Positions 44,470 through 48,297 of a stretch of DNA of 48,297 bases are shown one piece after another (positions within the stretch are counted from its first letter, which is position 1; the number at the start of each line of letters is the position of its first letter). The stretch is from Candidatus Micrarchaeota archaeon (GTDB lineage Archaea; B1Sed10-29), in contig CAZOFO010000004.1 of assembly GCA_964579265.1 (NCBI GenBank), positions 1-48,297 of the forward strand, given 5' to 3'. The translations under genes and the position numbers were made by a program. Under the pieces are notes generated by a model. That model had not been told where the DNA came from. It worked only from the letters and a program-made list of their open reading frames with translations, and did no database searches.

Positions 44470-44850
44470 GTGGAAAAAATGAAGGAAATAGAAGAATTAG
44501 TTGAAGAGGCAAAATCTCTTAAAGAGCTAAAAGAGAAAGAAGAAGAGAAAAAGATTACGGAAGAAGAAAAACAGAAGTTGAAAGAACTTGAAAAACCTTT
44601 AAAGGAGTTAAAAATAGTTAATGTAACTGATCAGACAATAAGAAGATCTTCTCCCAAACAGATAGCTGAATTTATAAGAGTTGCCGAAGCAAAGAAAAAG
44701 AAAAATTTAAAAGAAAAGAACAAGAAGAAGATAGAGGAATATATAAAGACAATGGAAGAACAAAAAAGGAATATAGAGAGACTTAGAAATAGAAAAGGAG
44801 GAGAATTAATCCAGGGCTCTTCCAAGAAAAAGAAGAGAAAAAGGAAATGA
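44470..44850 (+). CDS. K/E-rich hypothetical protein with a basic tail
   Basis: ORF with coding-strand bias. No family recognised. Confidence 0.5.
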   Translation: MEKMKEIEELVEEAKSLKELKEKEEEKKITEEEKQKLKELEKPLKELKIVNVTDQTIRRSSPKQIAEFIRVAEAKKKKNLKEKNKKKIEEYIKTMEEQKRNIERLRNRKGGELIQGSSKKKKRKRK

Positions 44851-44853
44851 TTT

Positions 44854-45792
44854 CTACATCCTGAATTTCCCTCTTTCCATTATTACTTCTCCATCAGCTT
44901 CTAAAGTAGGTTCTTCTATCAAGAAGTCATAATGATAAGATGAACTGTTCTTTCCTATATCGTATGAGTCTCCTATAGCGAAGTGAACTGTTCTCAATGC
45001 TTTTTCAGATTCCAGGAAACCTCTGTCAGGTCTTGCTTCTGGATTGGTTCCTATCCCAAATTCTCCGATAGTTCTATTGTTCTGATCCTCCATTATCTCC
45101 TCCAGTTCTTCAGGCACTCCGTCGTATTCAACTACTTCTCCTTTTTCAAATTTAAAGTGTCCTTTCCCGGTTCTAAAGTCGCTGAGATGATCGAAGTATA
45201 TTTCTCCGGTAAAGCTATTTTCCACTGGAGCTGTGAAGGTTTCTCCACTGGGTAGGTTTCCGTAACTTCCTCTTCTGGTTATTTTACCTGTTTCCTGGTG
45301 GAATTTCCTGCCTTTAACTGAAAACTCTACATCTGTTCCCTTTTCATCAGTTACTTTTATTTTTTCTTTTTCATTCATCTTCCTAGTCAGTTTTGAAGTG
45401 AATTTTCTCAGTTCATCGTAGTCAACGTGGAGTGTGGACTCTATCATTTCTTCGGTTACTCCCGGCATCATGCATACTCTCGCGTATTTTCTCCCTAATT
45501 TAACTACTCTCCCTCTGAATGGTTTTTCTTCCGGTTTATTCTCCAGTAGATATATTATCAGGTCTAGTGTTTCGATACCGGAGTCAAAATACGGGGTAGT
45601 TTTTTGGATCGGCCTTATTTCCTTTGGTATGAGGTATGTGTCGACGTCCGCTCCTATTGAATTCATTTCGTTGATGAATACTTTGGATATCGGTAATTTA
45701 CTTTCATCGGTAATAACTAGTACGTCCTCTCCTCTGGTAAGTTCGAATGATTTTTTTATTGTGTTTCTTATCGGTTTTCTTATATTTTCCAT
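44854..45792 (-). CDS. thermophilic metalloprotease M29 family aminopeptidase
   Basis: GNLPSGETFTAP, IGEFGIGTNP, ESEKALRTVHFAIGD, and HYDF. Confidence 0.88.
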   Translation of the reverse strand: MENIRKPIRNTIKKSFELTRGEDVLVITDESKLPISKVFINEMNSIGADVDTYLIPKEIRPIQKTTPYFDSGIETLDLIIYLLENKPEEKPFRGRVVKLGRKYARVCMMPGVTEEMIESTLHVDYDELRKFTSKLTRKMNEKEKIKVTDEKGTDVEFSVKGRKFHQETGKITRRGSYGNLPSGETFTAPVENSFTGEIYFDHLSDFRTGKGHFKFEKGEVVEYDGVPEELEEIMEDQNNRTIGEFGIGTNPEARPDRGFLESEKALRTVHFAIGDSYDIGKNSSSYHYDFLIEEPTLEADGEVIMERGKFRM

Positions 45793-45809
45793 TTTATCTT
45801 ATCCTGTTT

Positions 45810-46310
45810 TTATTCTATAAACCCTGGTTTATCATCTTTAGAGTTTAGAAATATCGCTTTTACTATTCTAGCGTTTTCTTTAATCTCAAATCCATTTTTG
45901 TTGTTTATTGTTAGGGTAAATTTTGGTTTGAAGGGTTCTTCAGATCCTATTATCCTGGTATCAACGCTTACTCCTGATTTTGCCAGGGTGAATCTCGGGT
46001 GCATTATCATCAGTGTCTCTTCAGGTAGTTTTACTTTTTCGTTTGTTTCAATGAAGTACGTTCCTTTTGGCAGGTTCCACCATCCGTAATCATCTTCTTT
46101 GTTCTTCTTTCTAGGATTGATCTTGTTTTTAGAGGGTATTTGTCTTTCGTCATTGCTGAAGTCTATTTTTCCAGGTCCTTTGTATTCCTCTATCCTGGAT
46201 ACTGTTAAGTCGAATGAGTTTTGATCCAACTGAGTCTCTAAGTGTATGTAGTCTTCAATAAGATTCTCTTCTTCTATCTTCTCTTTTATTTCTTCCTTAT
46301 CCATGTACAT
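45810..46310 (-). CDS. trimeric dUTPase/dCTP deaminase-fold protein with degenerate catalytic motifs
   Basis: QNSFDLTV, YGWWNL.KG.Y..ETNE and ENARIV are present. PRSS is replaced by PRFT and no (W/I)DxG(Y/F)xG motif is visible. Start set after the GGTGAT SD. Confidence 0.7.
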   Translation of the reverse strand: MYMDKEEIKEKIEEENLIEDYIHLETQLDQNSFDLTVSRIEEYKGPGKIDFSNDERQIPSKNKINPRKKNKEDDYGWWNLPKGTYFIETNEKVKLPEETLMIMHPRFTLAKSGVSVDTRIIGSEEPFKPKFTLTINNKNGFEIKENARIVKAIFLNSKDDKPGFIE

Positions 46311-46333
46311 ATTGATCACCTTGGTTCTCGAGA

Positions 46334-46454
46334 CGGATCCGAGGGGATTCGAACCCCTGACCTACGGCTTTCTTCCATCTCCGTCATCGCTTTGCACGTG
46401 AGCGGGAGAGATTGTTAGAAGGCCGTTGCCCTATCCGAACTAGGCTACGGATCC
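46334..46454 (-). tRNA. tRNA-Arg(TCT) with a 46-nt intron at 37/38 (46370-46415)
   Basis: GGATCCG/CGGATCC acceptor stem, ACGGC-CTTCTA^A-GCCGT arm, and a perfect BHB central helix CUUC/GAAG. Confidence 0.95.
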
Positions 46455-46470
46455 TTTTCTTATTTTTTTA

Positions 46471-46689
46471 TTATTCTTGGTAGTATTCTATGTCTTCTTC
46501 TTCAGCTATGTCTTTTAACTCTTTTTTTGTTTCGTTTTTCAGGTCTTGGAATCTTTTTATTTCTCCGTTTTCTATTTTTTCTTTTATTTTTTTTAATGTT
46601 TTTTCTCTGTGTTCTTCTGTGAATCTGGATTTGGTGGCTTCTCTTTTAACTATTCCTTTTGCTTTCTTTTTCAATATTTCTTTATTCAT
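46471..46689 (-). CDS. small helical hypothetical protein
   Basis: GGAGG SD at 46696-46700. It lies between argS and tRNA-Arg. Confidence 0.6.
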   Translation of the reverse strand: MNKEILKKKAKGIVKREATKSRFTEEHREKTLKKIKEKIENGEIKRFQDLKNETKKELKDIAEEEDIEYYQE

Positions 46690-46746
46690 TTTTTGCCTCC
46701 GTGTGTTTTTGTTTTCGTTTTCGTTTTTGTTTGTTTCGTTTTTTTG

Positions 46747-48297
46747 TTACATTTCTTCTAGGGGTTTTATCTCCAGTAGTTCCAGTCCTCTTGCAAGGGT
46801 GTTTTTGAATGCTTTTACTGTTTTTAATCTTATACTTTTGAGTTTCTTGTTTTTCTCCTGTTTCACAGGGCATTCTCTGTAGAAATCCATGAATTTATGT
46901 GATAGTTCTACCAGGTAGCTGGTTATTTGTTGTGGTTCTTTTTGTTCTTGTGATTCTTTGATTTTTTCCGGGAATTCCGCTATTTTCTTTATAAGGTTCT
47001 CTGTTTCTTCGGATATTTCTTCATCTTTAAGTATTTCTTTTATTTTCATTGTTTGTTCCAGTTCTCTCCCTTGAGTTTCTTTTATTATTCCGCTTGCTCT
47101 TGCATGAGCGTATTGTAGGTAGGGACCTGTATCTCCTTCGAAGTTCAGTGCTTTTTCCCATGTGAATTTTATGTCTTTGTTTTTTCTTTGATTTAGGTTT
47201 ATGAAGATGAGTGCTGCTTTTCCCACTTCATCAGCTACTTCTTCCTTGTCCTCTAGGCTAGGGTTTTTTTCTTCTATTGCTTTTATTGATCTTTCCTGTG
47301 CTTCATCAAGCACGTCTTCGAGTTTTACTACTTTTCCTTTTCTTGTTGACATGCTGCCTTCGGGAAGCTGTACCATTCCGTAGGATAGGTGTTTGCATTT
47401 GTCGCTCCAGTCGTATCCCAGTAGTTCCAGGGTTTTGAATACTTGTTTGAAGTGTAGGTTCTGTTCTGATCCTACCACGTATAGGTTTTCGTGGAAATTG
47501 TTTTCTCTCCATCTGTGTTTTGCTGCTGCTAGATCTCTCGTAGGGTATATTGTTGCTCCGTCTTCTTTTTGTACTATCATATTTGTTAATCCGTGTTCTT
47601 CCAGCGGGATCACTATTGCTCCTTCTTCCTCTTTCTCTGCAATGTTTTTTTCAAGGGCTTCTTTCACTATTTGTTTTGATTTTCCCGATCTCACGTAGTG
47701 AGCTTCTCCTCTGTAGGAATCAAATTCTACTCCAAGTCTTCTATATGTCTCTTTGAATTTCTTTATACTTAGTTCTCTGAATTTTTCCCATAGTTTTTCT
47801 TCCCTTTCAGCCCCGTCTTCCAGTTTCTTGAAGTTTTTTCTAGCTTCATCTTCTATTTCAGGGTTTTTTTCTGCTTCTTCGTGGAATTTTACGTATAGGT
47901 CGAATAGGTGTTGTATCGGGTCTTTTTCCAGTTTTTCAGGATCTCCCCATTTATTGTAGGCTGTGATTATTTTTCCGAACTGGGTTCCCCAGTCTCCTAG
48001 GTGATTTATTGCTATTGTTTCGTATCCTAGGTATTTATAGATGTTTTTCAGTGATTCTCCTATTATCGTTGATCTCAAGTGTCCTATGTGGAATGGTTTT
48101 GCGATGTTGGGACTTGAGTATTCCACTATAACTGTTTTTCCTTCTCCTTGTGAACTCTTTCCGTAGTTTTTTTGTTCTGCTTCTTTCAGAATTTCAGGGT
48201 AGTATTTTTCTTTTTTTACATGGAAGTTTATGTACGGTCCTTTTGTTTCTATTTTATCTATCATATTAGGGTTTATCATTTTCTTTATCTCTTCAGC
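46747..48297 (-). CDS. argS: arginyl-tRNA synthetase, 5'-truncated by the window edge
   Basis: GPYINF, VEYSSPNIAKPFHIGHLRST, HLGDWGTQFG, MSTRKG and EGDTGPYLQYAHAR. The frame is open to 48297. Confidence 0.96.
   Translation of the reverse strand, partial: AEEIKKMINPNMIDKIETKGPYINFHVKKEKYYPEILKEAEQKNYGKSSQGEGKTVIVEYSSPNIAKPFHIGHLRSTIIGESLKNIYKYLGYETIAINHLGDWGTQFGKIITAYNKWGDPEKLEKDPIQHLFDLYVKFHEEAEKNPEIEDEARKNFKKLEDGAEREEKLWEKFRELSIKKFKETYRRLGVEFDSYRGEAHYVRSGKSKQIVKEALEKNIAEKEEEGAIVIPLEEHGLTNMIVQKEDGATIYPTRDLAAAKHRWRENNFHENLYVVGSEQNLHFKQVFKTLELLGYDWSDKCKHLSYGMVQLPEGSMSTRKGKVVKLEDVLDEAQERSIKAIEEKNPSLEDKEEVADEVGKAALIFINLNQRKNKDIKFTWEKALNFEGDTGPYLQYAHARASGIIKETQGRELEQTMKIKEILKDEEISEETENLIKKIAEFPEKIKESQEQKEPQQITSYLVELSHKFMDFYRECPVKQEKNKKLKSIRLKTVKAFKNTLARGLELLEIKPLEEM

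Noticed and set aside
44790-44850. NLS-like SSKKKKRKRK tail
   Set aside because: Poly-Lys tails are expected from the A-rich codon bias of this genome and carry no specific signal in an archaeon.
1-48297. Many F/S/L-rich ORFs antisense to real genes in the ORF track
   Set aside because: They are shadows of the strongly A-rich coding strands, whose complements rarely contain stop codons.

Overview
This is an archaeal, AT-rich window (mid-to-upper 30s % GC by eye) with a K/E-rich proteome, GGAGGTG Shine-Dalgarno sites and tRNAs carrying bulge-helix-bulge (BHB) introns. Short genes, GLUG/InlB/CARDB surface proteins and 'KKG^ISPV' pilins suggest a DPANN-type lineage, which is inference only. Housekeeping content: pyrF (partial), endA, dph5, NMD3-like, a beta-CASP nuclease, ADP-forming acyl-CoA synthetase (beta and alpha), mre11, trpS, iorAB, an Lrp regulator, peroxiredoxin, an erythrin-like protein, ksgA, purB, a solo Cas4, the HMG-CoA synthase/thiolase/DUF35 operon, rpl40e, an M29 aminopeptidase and argS (partial), plus tRNA-Leu(TAG), tRNA-Glu(TTC, intron) and tRNA-Arg(TCT, intron). 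I found no integrase, IS element or CRISPR array. The most interesting signal is a possible cell-surface display system. Two tandem modular surface proteins share a promoter block and a module with a constant framework and a variable loop, showing nucleotide-level mosaicism. They also share a C-terminal (T/G)GLVTGAFANP-TM-basic tail. The window further holds an archaeosortase with no PGF-CTERM substrate in view and two pilin genes identical by eye whose flanks have diverged. Other signals are a 9-codon histone-like stub with its own SD, a structured purB leader, several palindromic operator candidates and an unannotated (GFL)n micropeptide. All calls come from motif recognition without database searches.
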